IMG/VR virus record: IMGVR_UViG_3300005573_001593 | Coordinates: 23,534 to 87,533 of that record | Length of the DNA: 64,000 nucleotides | DNA from: a virus | Taxonomy: Duplodnaviria; Caudoviricetes | Strand: one strand, 5' to 3' | Shown here: positions 45,636 through 55,610 of the stretch, piece by piece | Layout of the letters: every line of letters begins with the position of its first letter | Numbering within the stretch: position 1 is the stretch's first letter | The notes under the pieces: generated by a model | Told to the model about the DNA's origin: nothing | What the model saw: the letters and a program-made list of their open reading frames with translations, nothing else | Database searches by the model: none | Made by a program: the position numbers and the translations under genes

Positions 45636-46901
45636 TTACGCCGGCCGGCGCGCCTTGCCCATGAACAGTGGTGTCTTCACCGCCAGGCCGCTCATCGAGA
45701 AGATGATGTAGCGCTGGCTGAGGGTGTAGTCTACCGCAGCCGGCAGTTCGAGCACCGTGAAGCCTTCGGCGTAGAGCCAGGGCATGCTGATACTGTCCGT
45801 CTGCAGGAAGTACACGTCCTCAACGGTCTGACCGCTAACCGGTGAAGTGTACGTACCGAACGAGAAGCCGGGCACCGGCAGGACCTTGAGGATGCCATTG
45901 GCCCAGGCGATCTGGTTGACCTGCACGCCGGGGATGACTTCGACGAGGTTGTCGTTATACCGCTTGTTGGTCTCGTTCTCCTGGTCGAGCTGCTCTTTCG
46001 CGTTGATCGACATGACCACCACGTCCGGCAGGCCGCCAGCCTGCGCCGCCTTGGCCACCGCGGCCTTAATCGTCTGCGTCAGGTTCAGGCTGCCCTGCTC
46101 CATCTGGATCGCGTTGTTGGACGCGTAGTTGGAGCCAGCGACCGAGCCGAGGATGAGCCGCAGACCATCGAAGTAGGTGTTGTTGTACGCGCCACCCTCA
46201 TTGGCACCCGTGCCGGATGCGTAGGTGCCGTTGCCCTGCGCGAGCATCGTCTGCAGGTCATACGCCAGCTTGACCATGCCAGCGGAAAGCTCCAGCTTCT
46301 CCGGATTCCATGCCATGCCGCCCTGCCGGACCGCAGCCAGTTCCTTGAAGCCCACGCCACGACCGAGCGCGAAAACGGCGATGTTCGCCGTCTGCCGCAC
46401 ATAGTCCGACGCGGTGAACCCTACCGTGCCGAGATCCGAGACGACCGTGCTGATGGTGTTGCTGGTGGACGTCGTGTTCGGGTCCGGCGACACCATCTGA
46501 TCGAAGGCGTGCACGAGACCGTTGGCCGGCTCCTTTGGAATCATTTCATAGAAAGGAAACTGCTTCACGAACAATGCGTAGATGATGGGCTCCAGGTCCT
46601 GCCGGACCAATGCGGAGCCGTCAGATTCGCCCGTTCCTGAGGTCGTACCCAGAATGTTCTTGACGCTGTCGGGGATAAACGCCGCGCTGCGCAGTTCGCG
46701 CGCCATCGTCTGCTGCACCCCGGTTTCGTCGCGCGGGGCCGGCTGCATCTGTGCGATGCGCAGCATCTGTTTGAGTTCCTCAGCCGAGTAGCGCAGCAGC
46801 GTGTTGATCTTCTTGCGCCGCTCCAGCTGATACGTCACGTCCTGTGGATGCGCCAGCGTGGAGCGGAACTCCAGCGGGTTGTCCTGAACGGCTGTAGGCA
46901 T
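45636..46901 (-). CDS. Major capsid protein
   Basis: ALVRQDLEPIIYAL...PFYEMIPKEPANGLVHAFDQ resembles SU10/Twort-like capsids; after the protease gene; AAAGGAG SD. Confidence 0.85.
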   Translation of the reverse strand: MPTAVQDNPLEFRSTLAHPQDVTYQLERRKKINTLLRYSAEELKQMLRIAQMQPAPRDETGVQQTMARELRSAAFIPDSVKNILGTTSGTGESDGSALVRQDLEPIIYALFVKQFPFYEMIPKEPANGLVHAFDQMVSPDPNTTSTSNTISTVVSDLGTVGFTASDYVRQTANIAVFALGRGVGFKELAAVRQGGMAWNPEKLELSAGMVKLAYDLQTMLAQGNGTYASGTGANEGGAYNNTYFDGLRLILGSVAGSNYASNNAIQMEQGSLNLTQTIKAAVAKAAQAGGLPDVVVMSINAKEQLDQENETNKRYNDNLVEVIPGVQVNQIAWANGILKVLPVPGFSFGTYTSPVSGQTVEDVYFLQTDSISMPWLYAEGFTVLELPAAVDYTLSQRYIIFSMSGLAVKTPLFMGKARRPA

Positions 46902-47044
46902 ACCAACTCCTTTGCCATGCGTCAGCGGCATGGCCGTCATGGGTGCTGTGTCGTGAGGTCGTCATCTATGCCACGCCGCGCACCTTGGCACCCACGCACG
47001 AGGGAGCTGCATACGGCGGCGAAAGCACATTGGAGGAAAAGTGG

Positions 47045-50000
47045 TCAGTCGTCGTCGCCGATGATCGGAATCAGGGCATCGCCACTCTCTTCGTAGCGCA
47101 TGATGTGGCCGAGCCCATCCGGCAGGCCCATCACGGCCACGCGCTGCTCACTGCTGAGCGCGGGGCGGATGCCTTTGCCGACGCCAGCCGGCCAATGACG
47201 GCAGAGGCCAACACCTTGCACGTACTGCTTACTCGTGCGCTCATAGGCACGCGCAAGACGCTGCTCAGGCGTCAGGTCATCGTCCGACGCTGGCGTGGCC
47301 ATGAGTGCCACAAGCTGCTCGGTCGTGAGCGTGCCGGCATCACCAAGATCTTTCGCGCGCACGCCACCGAGCGCACGGGCAAGCCGTGTCGGGCGACCGA
47401 GTGGGACTTGCGAAAGCTCACCAATTTGTTCCGCGAGCGTGGTCGTCTCCGCGGCGAGTTGCTGCTGCTGGGCGGATGCGGCGCCGAGCTGGCGCTGGAC
47501 CAGCTGTACCTGTTCCATAAGTGCGCTGATGCCGAGACCGCTCATGGCCTTGGTGAGCGTGCCTACTGCGGCGATGAGGTCGGCGAGTGCCTTGCCGTCC
47601 AGCGTGTCCCGTGCATCCTGCATCTGATCACCGCCCGCGTTATCGGACATGGTCTGATCTTCCGCCGCGGCGGATGCGGCATTCGTGACCTGGCAGCACA
47701 TGCCATCGGTGAGCGACATGCAGTGATCATGAATCGCCTGAATGCGGTCCATGTCCTCCTGGCTATGACGGCGACCGGCCTTGCGTTGCACGCGGCGTGC
47801 GCTGCGCGAGCTATACACTGGACCTAGTGGTGCTGATGCTGGTTGGGGCGTGCTTGCGCCATCGTCATCGTCCGAGCCGTCGTCAATATCGGGAATGCCC
47901 AGCAGAGCCATCAGACGATCAACACGTGAGTCGAGCTGCCAGGGACTGACCTCGGAGAGCGCGTCGCATAGCGTGTCGGTCATCGAGTCGATCTCTGAGA
48001 CGAGCGTGATGACCTCCTGGCTATCGTTGTCATCTTTGAGCAGGCCCTTCAGCAAGACGCCATCTGCCCGAAGGCCGGAAGCATCCACGGACGCGAAGCC
48101 GAGCGCCGCACCGAGGTCGTTATAGGCCTTGAGCAGCGCGACCTTGTGCGCATCGAGCGCCTTTTCCTCAGTGTGGCGGTGCCCATGATCGGCGTCGCCA
48201 TCATGAGTATGTTCATGCTCATGACGCCCGCCGTCGCCATCATGATGTTCGTGGGTATGCGTGCCGTCTTCCAGGATCGTGACGATGCCGTCGCCGGCCT
48301 TGGTCTGATCCTTGGTCCGGTCGGGAGCAACGGCCTTCTCATGAGCATGACCATGGTCGGCATCGCCGTGATGCTCATGCTCATGGGTATGGCGGTTCCC
48401 ATGCCCGTCATGATGGACGTGCGTGTGGGAACCGGTCATCGGTTCGTGGGTGCCGTCGTCATTCACCCGGACGCTCTCGCCGTCCCCGTCGCCTTTCTGT
48501 GCGATGTGATCTGCGGACTTCTCATGCGGATGATCGTGACGCGCGTCACCGTCATGGCGATGGGTATGCTCATGCATCTCATCGTCGCCCTGGCTACCCA
48601 TGGCCTTGTGACGATGCGTGTGCTCACCTGTGAACGGCGCATGTCGCCCGTCAGCACTCACCGCAATGTCACCGTCTTCCGCCTTCACGATCACGAAGTC
48701 CGTGGGCAGGCTCTTCTCATCGGCCCAGGGTACAACGATCGAATCGTCGTCGAACTCCTTCGCCATCCGGCGGTAGTAGCCCTCGATGCGGCTCCTGATC
48801 TTCTCCTTGTCAGCCTCGGGGATATCGGCGGCATCCACGCCATGTGCACCGGCGCAGGCAAAGATTGCCCGTGGGACCGCCTTTACCTCGTCGCCAATGA
48901 CGTCACAAAAAGCGAGTTTGTACTCGCTGACGTTGTCTGCCACATCACCCTCAGGCGACCAGAAGTGCACGCTCCGGAACTTGCTCTTGTCGAGATTGTC
49001 CTTGCCGCCGGCCCATTCCAGGAGCCGCTTGTGTGCCGCGCCATTGTCCCATGGCCGGTCGCGTTCGGCCAGCGGCCAATCGGTCTTGCCCGTCGCGCCT
49101 TTCGTCACGTCGGGTGTGAGGTCGTTCATTGGCACTCCTTTCAGCCCGTCCGGTGTCATGGTGGGCACTGCCAGGGCTGCGGTTCGGTTGGGAGATGATG
49201 GAGTGATGGACGCCAGTAGGTCCTTGACGCGAGAACGAGGCACCTGTTGCTGCCGTCCGCCCGATTCGAGCACAAATGCGCGCGTCTCCGGCAGCCAGAA
49301 CAGGCGGGTGACGCTCTTCGATTTACGCGGCAGCGTCTCCGCGAGGGTTTGAGTGAGCTCGCGGCTCTCGACGCCGGAGAGCAGGTTGAGCCACTTCTCC
49401 GGCCACAGGCTGCGGACCACTGGCGCGAGCTTGGGATTGTAGGTACGAGCGAACAAGCCCTTCATGGCATGCTCCACCCACGACCGCTGATTGGCGGGAA
49501 TGCCCACAACGGACATCTCCACCATCTTGACGTGAGTGATGTCCACGACCACCTTGCCCTCGATGATGTCCCAGAAGTCGAGGTCACCCTCGTCCACCGG
49601 CGCTTCAGTCACCACGTCCACCCACTGGTAGCCGGTCACCATGAAGCCACCGGAGACGCCCATACGCCGGCCGCGCTGGACGTAGAGCCAGGTCTGCAGC
49701 GCGTTGGGGTTGAGAATTTCGACATCGGACGTGAAGTGCAGATCGGCAATGCCACCACTCATCACGATGGACGGCTGGCCTTGCAGGCTGCCGAAGAGCG
49801 AGTCGGGCAGAGTGTAATCGTGATTGAGGAAGATGCTGAGGTTGGCGTCGCACTGCGTCATGTCCTGCAGTGCCGTCACCGTCATACGATCGCCCTGCAG
49901 GTCGCGTTCGGTGCTGCTGCCAGTCATGTTGACGAGCGGACGTGGCAGCTCGGCAAGGCGATTCTGTAGTTCTGGTTTACCGACCAGTGAGATGAGCTCG

Positions 50001-50113
50001 TCAGTGTAGCCGTACTCGGCCAGTTCCATCGCGCCGGTGAAGACCGTGAAATCCACGGGATCGTGAGGACGTGCCGCCAACGTGGCTGCTGGCAGCTCAT
50101 GTGGCTCAGCCAT
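47045..50113 (-). CDS. Prohead protease-scaffold fusion with His-rich repeats
   Basis: SSTERDLQGDRM, FLNHD, VEMSVVGIPANQ (HK97-type protease); DWPLA..W..AAH domain; His-rich block; C-terminal coiled coil. Confidence 0.85.
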   Translation of the reverse strand: MAEPHELPAATLAARPHDPVDFTVFTGAMELAEYGYTDELISLVGKPELQNRLAELPRPLVNMTGSSTERDLQGDRMTVTALQDMTQCDANLSIFLNHDYTLPDSLFGSLQGQPSIVMSGGIADLHFTSDVEILNPNALQTWLYVQRGRRMGVSGGFMVTGYQWVDVVTEAPVDEGDLDFWDIIEGKVVVDITHVKMVEMSVVGIPANQRSWVEHAMKGLFARTYNPKLAPVVRSLWPEKWLNLLSGVESRELTQTLAETLPRKSKSVTRLFWLPETRAFVLESGGRQQQVPRSRVKDLLASITPSSPNRTAALAVPTMTPDGLKGVPMNDLTPDVTKGATGKTDWPLAERDRPWDNGAAHKRLLEWAGGKDNLDKSKFRSVHFWSPEGDVADNVSEYKLAFCDVIGDEVKAVPRAIFACAGAHGVDAADIPEADKEKIRSRIEGYYRRMAKEFDDDSIVVPWADEKSLPTDFVIVKAEDGDIAVSADGRHAPFTGEHTHRHKAMGSQGDDEMHEHTHRHDGDARHDHPHEKSADHIAQKGDGDGESVRVNDDGTHEPMTGSHTHVHHDGHGNRHTHEHEHHGDADHGHAHEKAVAPDRTKDQTKAGDGIVTILEDGTHTHEHHDGDGGRHEHEHTHDGDADHGHRHTEEKALDAHKVALLKAYNDLGAALGFASVDASGLRADGVLLKGLLKDDNDSQEVITLVSEIDSMTDTLCDALSEVSPWQLDSRVDRLMALLGIPDIDDGSDDDDGASTPQPASAPLGPVYSSRSARRVQRKAGRRHSQEDMDRIQAIHDHCMSLTDGMCCQVTNAASAAAEDQTMSDNAGGDQMQDARDTLDGKALADLIAAVGTLTKAMSGLGISALMEQVQLVQRQLGAASAQQQQLAAETTTLAEQIGELSQVPLGRPTRLARALGGVRAKDLGDAGTLTTEQLVALMATPASDDDLTPEQRLARAYERTSKQYVQGVGLCRHWPAGVGKGIRPALSSEQRVAVMGLPDGLGHIMRYEESGDALIPIIGDDD

Positions 50114-50133
50114 GTGGCGGGCCCTCCATAACA

Positions 50134-50493
50134 TTAGGACGCGGTACCAGCCGCGTTGTCAGAAATCTCAGGAGTGACGATCTCTGTCGCTGGTGCGCTC
50201 GTCTCTTCAGCGACCAGTGTGGCTGCGCTGTTAGGTGGCGCGCCTTCCTGCGCAGAGATCGGAGCTGGCTCTTGTGCAGGTGGCGTCTCCGGAGGCACGG
50301 GCAGCAGCCGATGCGACACGCCATTGGTGAGCGCTACGTGCTGTGGCTTCTCGCCCACGGGATAGGTCTTGCCATTGACCGTGAAGGTCATGGTGACGAG
50401 TTGCGTGCCATCGGGCTCCTGACTCGTCTGCAGAGAGCGCAACTCGCCCAGGTCGTCGGATTCGATGACGGCGGGGTTGTTCTTGTAATACAC
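50134..50493 (-). CDS. Hypothetical phage protein
   Basis: 119-aa ORF with Pro/Ala/Glu-rich tail. Confidence 0.55.
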   Translation of the reverse strand: MYYKNNPAVIESDDLGELRSLQTSQEPDGTQLVTMTFTVNGKTYPVGEKPQHVALTNGVSHRLLPVPPETPPAQEPAPISAQEGAPPNSAATLVAEETSAPATEIVTPEISDNAAGTAS

Positions 50494-50562
50494 GATGCGA
50501 TCTCCATGAATAACGAGGAATGGCCTATGGGAGAGACTTTCTGCAAAGGCGTAGAGATCAAG

Positions 50563-50880
50563 CTACTGCTCAGCCGGCGTCCAGTAATGCCAGGAGCGTG
50601 CCTGTTTCGTATCCGGGTGCGCGTAGGGCACGCTCGTCTCCCAGACCACGGGAACAGATGAGGTGTAGTGGCGGTCATTCGTGCCGTCAATGAACACGGC
50701 TAGATTGAGGGAATCGTCCCAGACCTTGACGACAAGCGCAGCCCGCAAGACGCCATCTGGCCCGACAAACGCGACGCTTTCTCCCACGCGGACCGACTTT
50801 GGGTCGAGCTGGTAGTCCCAGCGAGCGCCTTCGCCTTGCACGAGCTCTTGTGCCGGCTGTGCTGCGTGAGATTGTTCCAT
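50563..50880 (-). CDS. Hypothetical phage protein
   Basis: AAAGGTG SD; RAALVVKVWDDSLNLAVFIDG. Confidence 0.6.
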   Translation of the reverse strand: MEQSHAAQPAQELVQGEGARWDYQLDPKSVRVGESVAFVGPDGVLRAALVVKVWDDSLNLAVFIDGTNDRHYTSSVPVVWETSVPYAHPDTKQARSWHYWTPAEQ

Positions 50881-51023
50881 ATGATGTATGCGCACCTTTC
50901 GTGAACTGTGTGGACATGGCGTATGTGTGCAGATGCAAGATCGTGCGATATACACTGGGTAGACGAGGTCGTAAGCAGCAGTGCGATGTGCTACTGTTAG
51001 GAACAAGGAGGTGCGATTCGTAT

Positions 51024-51440
51024 ATGAGTACATCGCAAGGCGACTGGTCGAAGAACACTTATGACCGCGTCGCAGGACCAAATGATTTGAGCATGGGGCT
51101 CATGTACCCCAGCGGGCGTCAGCAACCACCTACGAGTGTATTACTCCACTACGGAGTGGACACGTTCCCAGGTATGTTTAATGCCGAATTTACTGTCAGC
51201 GAAGCGCAACAGTTTGCGGAATTACTACGTGCACGGCAGCCTGGAGTCGTGAACGGCATCGAGGTGTCTCTCGACCCTCGCACAGCGCTCTCGCGCAGCG
51301 ACGTGCTCGCTCTTTACTTCACCACAGGCTTTCGTGGGACACTTCGCATCTTCCTCGACTATGCAACCGCAGATCGCTTGGCATACCAGTGTGACTACAT
51401 GGTCAACCAGGTTCAGAAAGGCGCATCCGGCACACCATAG
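51024..51440 (+). CDS. Hypothetical protein (moron)
   Basis: AAGGAGGT SD; opposite strand within the head operon. Confidence 0.7.
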   Translation: MSTSQGDWSKNTYDRVAGPNDLSMGLMYPSGRQQPPTSVLLHYGVDTFPGMFNAEFTVSEAQQFAELLRARQPGVVNGIEVSLDPRTALSRSDVLALYFTTGFRGTLRIFLDYATADRLAYQCDYMVNQVQKGASGTP

Positions 51441-51453
51441 TGACAGTGCGCTC

Positions 51454-52134
51454 TTACATGCCATCCGCAAGAACAATCGTCTTCTCGTGGATACAGTTCT
51501 GATGAGCTGGATAGTCGGGAAGCAGGTCGTAGTCTTCGAGTGGGAACGTCTCGCCGGCATAGTCGCTACAGATCCCGTCGGGTGACGAGTAATCGGGTAG
51601 GATGGCCACGACCGCACCGCGGCTGTCTATCGGATCGCCATTGCTGTCCAGAGCGGTCCCGTCGAGCAATTCCTGGATGAACTGTTCCGTACCGTCATCG
51701 GCCGCGCTGGCCGTCTCGTACTGGGCAACCTGGCTCGACTTCCAGGCAGCACGGGTCGTGCACCAGTTCGCGAGGTGTTCGCGCAGCGCGTCACGCGCGC
51801 CATCCAAACTGCCGTCGTGCTGCGCCTGCCATGCCAAGAGAAACGCCAGCGCCGTCGCCTCCATGTCGGCGCGATACGTGTCTGCGATGTGCCGTGCGTT
51901 GGCCTCCGCGGCCTGACGCATGGCGTCGTGCAGGTCGTCCGGCGGCTGCCAGTCGTCAGGCACGTCGGCTCCCATCGTGGCGGCGGCGTCTTCGTAGGAG
52001 GCAGTAAGCGCCGCGAGGCGTGCCGCGAGGATCACCGCAGCCATCTGACGGATGGCGCTATCCGTCAAAAGGAACGCGGCGGTGACGCCGGCGATGATCA
52101 CGTCTCGCTCGTGGGCATTCTGAGAGTCAGACAT
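51454..52134 (-). CDS. Head morphogenesis protein (SPP1 gp7/Mu F-like)
   Basis: After the portal; C-terminal C...YPAHQNCIH motif. Confidence 0.75.
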   Translation of the reverse strand: MSDSQNAHERDVIIAGVTAAFLLTDSAIRQMAAVILAARLAALTASYEDAAATMGADVPDDWQPPDDLHDAMRQAAEANARHIADTYRADMEATALAFLLAWQAQHDGSLDGARDALREHLANWCTTRAAWKSSQVAQYETASAADDGTEQFIQELLDGTALDSNGDPIDSRGAVVAILPDYSSPDGICSDYAGETFPLEDYDLLPDYPAHQNCIHEKTIVLADGM

Positions 52135-52136
52135 GG

Positions 52137-54164
52137 CTAGCCTGCCATCTGAGCAGTTGCCCCGCGCTGCTGCGCCTCCTCGAAGAGCGTCTTCACCTGG
52201 CTTGCCAGTTCCGCCGCGGCATTGATCTCGCCTATGCTCTTGTGATGCGCCGCCGCCACCTCCGATCGCACCCTGCCGAGCTTGTGTGGTTTGTTGCCGT
52301 CGGACTTGGACGTCACGAGTGTGACCATGCGCTCGTGTTCTGGTCGCCAGTGTCGCCCGGGCATACGGGCATCACGACGCACGACCGATCGCAGCTGTTT
52401 CGGCGTGCTCGATGCGGCAGCATTCGCCGCAGCCGTTGGCGGTGTTGCTTCCGGCTGCTCCGTCGTGGTACCAGTGGCCGGGCCCGACTCTGCAGCAGGT
52501 GCATCAGTTGGCCGGCTGCGGTCCGGCTTCTCCTGGGTCGTGTCCTTTGGCTGCGTTTCGTCGTCGTCGAGTCCACCTTCGGGGTCCTGTGCGCCAAGGT
52601 CGCCAGCAGTGGCGAACGTTCCATAGTCGCCGGTCTCGCCGTCGTAGGACAGCCACGGCATCGGACCGTTCTTCGTATCCACCCAGAAGGTGTTGCCGCC
52701 GGCGACCGGCTCCTCACCGAGCATCTTGAGCGCCATGTTCGGCGTCAGGAGTGGCAAGCCCGACAAGCCGTCCTGTGCCATCTTGAGCACGCGCTCGGCG
52801 TGCAGCATCCGGCTGATCTCTGAGACCTCAGGGTAGATGATCCGCAGGTTCAACGCGTCCATAGTGGGACGGCCGTCTTTGTCTACCGGCGCGAAGTCGG
52901 CCAGAAGCTCGCGATTGAGGAACTCTTCCAGGAGCAGCAAGAGCGGGATGAGCCCGGCATCTTCGGTGATGTCCTGCTGTACCTCGGCAGTGGCTTTATT
53001 GATGTCGAACGTGATGCCGATCTGTTGCGGACTGATCTGGAAGACCGCACAGATCTTGCGCGCGAGATACGTCTGCCACTCCAGGAACTGGTTGTCCCTG
53101 AGGCTGAACATCAGCGGATAGACTGAGATGTCGCCGTCGGTGCCCAGATACATAATCTCACGCTTGCCCGCCACGTCCATCTCGTAGGCCCGCTGCAAGG
53201 CATTGATCGTGCTCTGGGTCGCGCCTTTGAGATGCACCAGATGCGGCGGTGGTACGTCGCGCACAAGGTTGGCTGCTTTATCAGTGGCCGCGAGATCCGC
53301 GCGAATCGTATCGAGCAGCACCTGTACCGGCGAGAGGCCGAAGCGGTAACTCGCGGCGTTGGCCATGATACAGATCAGCTCATCGTTGCGTAGCGGCACC
53401 GTTCGGATGCCATCCGGCGCGGCGTAGACGTAGCGCGGCATCGCGGGATCGCCGTTCCAGTCAGCGATGATCTTGATGGTGCTGCCGTCTTCATAGTACA
53501 GCCCGTGCGGCGTGCGCCGCGCATCCATGGACTTGCTGATGCAGCCGCGATCGAGCACAAGGATGTCATCCAGCACCGGCTCCATGAGTGAGCGGTAGGA
53601 GTCGCGATACTCGTTCGGGAAGTTCAAAAGGCGCTCGACTTGTCGCTGGACCTTGACGTTGAATGGCTTGGTCTCGTCAGCGGGAATCACCGTGATATCG
53701 GCACGGCCGATCTGCTGCTTGCGCGTCGTGATGGCCGCATGTACCCACGGATTCTTGCTGGCGAGTCGTCGCAGGAAGTCCGCGTTCGGCACGCCCACGG
53801 CATCCATGCGTTTGGCGTGCATGCCTGCCCACGCACCGGCGGCCCCGCCCGATGCGACCGGCGTGCTACCTGTCGGCGCGGCTTTCGTCTGCAGGTCGCC
53901 CAACGCCAGCGCACGCGCATCGACCTGTGCCAGTAGATAACGCACCTCGCCAAGCAGCTCAGGAAAGGCGTGGAGCTGTGGCGCGAGTTGTCGCAGCTGC
54001 AGGACAGCCTGGCGGGCTGATTCCGCTGCGTGAGCCGCGCTCTCCTGTTCCGCGCTGCCAGTCGAAGCCAACGCATCACGCAGCGCGGCCAGTACGAGTG
54101 CGCTATCAGGCCGTTGGTTTCTGGCCGATCGCGCTCGAGTTGTGCGTATGCGGCGTCGGCCCAT
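52137..54164 (-). CDS. Portal protein
   Basis: PWVHAAITTRKQQI, FGLSPVQ, RKICAVFQISPQQIG. Confidence 0.9.
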   Translation of the reverse strand: MGRRRIRTTRARSARNQRPDSALVLAALRDALASTGSAEQESAAHAAESARQAVLQLRQLAPQLHAFPELLGEVRYLLAQVDARALALGDLQTKAAPTGSTPVASGGAAGAWAGMHAKRMDAVGVPNADFLRRLASKNPWVHAAITTRKQQIGRADITVIPADETKPFNVKVQRQVERLLNFPNEYRDSYRSLMEPVLDDILVLDRGCISKSMDARRTPHGLYYEDGSTIKIIADWNGDPAMPRYVYAAPDGIRTVPLRNDELICIMANAASYRFGLSPVQVLLDTIRADLAATDKAANLVRDVPPPHLVHLKGATQSTINALQRAYEMDVAGKREIMYLGTDGDISVYPLMFSLRDNQFLEWQTYLARKICAVFQISPQQIGITFDINKATAEVQQDITEDAGLIPLLLLLEEFLNRELLADFAPVDKDGRPTMDALNLRIIYPEVSEISRMLHAERVLKMAQDGLSGLPLLTPNMALKMLGEEPVAGGNTFWVDTKNGPMPWLSYDGETGDYGTFATAGDLGAQDPEGGLDDDETQPKDTTQEKPDRSRPTDAPAAESGPATGTTTEQPEATPPTAAANAAASSTPKQLRSVVRRDARMPGRHWRPEHERMVTLVTSKSDGNKPHKLGRVRSEVAAAHHKSIGEINAAAELASQVKTLFEEAQQRGATAQMAG

Positions 54165-54173
54165 GTGGATACC

Positions 54174-55610
54174 TCATTCGCGCGGAGTGAACCCGAAATC
54201 GCCGCCGCGCTGCAAGCGTTGGAGGATACGCGCGAGGTCGGCCTGATGCTGACGACTGGCCTCGTCATCATCGGGATGGAAGGCCTCAGGCTGCTGGGCA
54301 GCAGCGCGCCGCAGGAGCGCCTCTGCGGGATCGGTCACGGAATGCGCGGAGGCATAGGCCGCGGTGCTCCGCAAGCGAGCCAGCGCGGTGTGCAGGGCGT
54401 AGCGCGTGGCGTCGAGCGCGTGGTCGTTCTGCTTCAACGGTTTCTCGTCAGCGTTGCGCTGCTCTGCCTCTTTGGTGGCGTATTGGTAGCTGCCGTACTC
54501 GGCAATCGTGTTGACGCACGCCGGATCCACATAGAGGCCGCGTGTCCCGTCGCCGCGCAGGGCCAGCAGCGTCGAGATGGTCTGGATGCCCGGAACGATG
54601 CTGTTGTCCGCGGGACGGGCGCGACTGTCGAGCATCGCCCCGTCGAGCGCACGATTGAGCTGGTCAATGTGTTCCGGCTCATCCGGCCCGCAGTACCAGT
54701 CCGTGACGCCGTACGCGCGCGTAAACTCCACGATCGCCGGAATGACGGTTTCGTCGAGGCTGGCGCGACGCTGGTAGAACTCGGCCAGCTGCCACGCGCG
54801 CTGATCGCCGTCGAGGCCGAAGACGAGTGCCACGGCTGGATTGGTGTAGCCCCAGTCCACTCCGCCGACGACCTGGCTGAACGTCTTCCCTGGTGGGGCG
54901 GCACGCACGTGCGTATCCGCCGCGAGCGGGTCACTCTCGAAGCGGTAGACGAGACCCTCGAACGCGGTGAAGAGTCCGAGCACCTCTTGCTCGTAAAACG
55001 CGCCGGTGTATCCCAGGCTTTCGACATAGCCGGGTGGAAGGTTACTGGCGTTCTCCAGTGTGCTGGCACGGTACAGCCGGTGGCCAGGCTGCGGCTTGCC
55101 CTCGAAATCGCGCCAGTAGCCATCTTTGCCGTGGGGCGTTCCGGTCGCCCAACCCGCTGTCACGTACCCCTGCTGTCGTAATCGGCCCTTGAGGATCTGC
55201 CAGGCATAGTAGCCGCACAGCGGCGCCTCATCCAGCCAGAACCAGGCGAGGTTGAGGCCGCGTGAGCGGTCCGGTTGATCCATGGAGCGAAAGAGGATCT
55301 CAGAGCCGTTCGCGAGCACGAGATGCTGGTCGTTGCGGTTGTAGCTGCGAATGGCAGCACGCGGCAAGAGCGCGAAGAACGTCCGCTGCGTGATGTCACG
55401 CAGCATCGTGTACGTCGGCGCGCCAATCAGCCCAAGTGAGCCATCGTGAGCGAGCGCGTACACAATCGAGCGGACCGCGCCGGCGTACGTCTTGCCTGCA
55501 CCGATCCCACCGATATAGAAGCTGTACTGCGCGCTCGATTCCACGAAGGCGCGTTGTTTCGGCTTGAGTATAAACCGCCGTTCGGTTTCACTGGGATTCG
55601 CGGTGGTCAT
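54174..55610 (-). CDS. terL: Terminase large subunit
   Basis: GGIGAGKT, WLDEA, TGTP, GGVDWGYTNP, NDHALDATRY. Confidence 0.95.
   Translation of the reverse strand: MTTANPSETERRFILKPKQRAFVESSAQYSFYIGGIGAGKTYAGAVRSIVYALAHDGSLGLIGAPTYTMLRDITQRTFFALLPRAAIRSYNRNDQHLVLANGSEILFRSMDQPDRSRGLNLAWFWLDEAPLCGYYAWQILKGRLRQQGYVTAGWATGTPHGKDGYWRDFEGKPQPGHRLYRASTLENASNLPPGYVESLGYTGAFYEQEVLGLFTAFEGLVYRFESDPLAADTHVRAAPPGKTFSQVVGGVDWGYTNPAVALVFGLDGDQRAWQLAEFYQRRASLDETVIPAIVEFTRAYGVTDWYCGPDEPEHIDQLNRALDGAMLDSRARPADNSIVPGIQTISTLLALRGDGTRGLYVDPACVNTIAEYGSYQYATKEAEQRNADEKPLKQNDHALDATRYALHTALARLRSTAAYASAHSVTDPAEALLRRAAAQQPEAFHPDDDEASRQHQADLARILQRLQRGGDFGFTPRE

Noticed and set aside
48146-49198. 350-aa Met/Val-rich plus-strand ORF that looks like a membrane protein
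   Set aside because: Antisense reading of the His/Asp codons of the protease-scaffold repeats
54030-55181. Long plus-strand ORFs opposite structural genes (also 23661-24719, 27777-28889 and similar)
   Set aside because: High-GC shadow frames with no motifs or SD, fully overlapping well-supported genes
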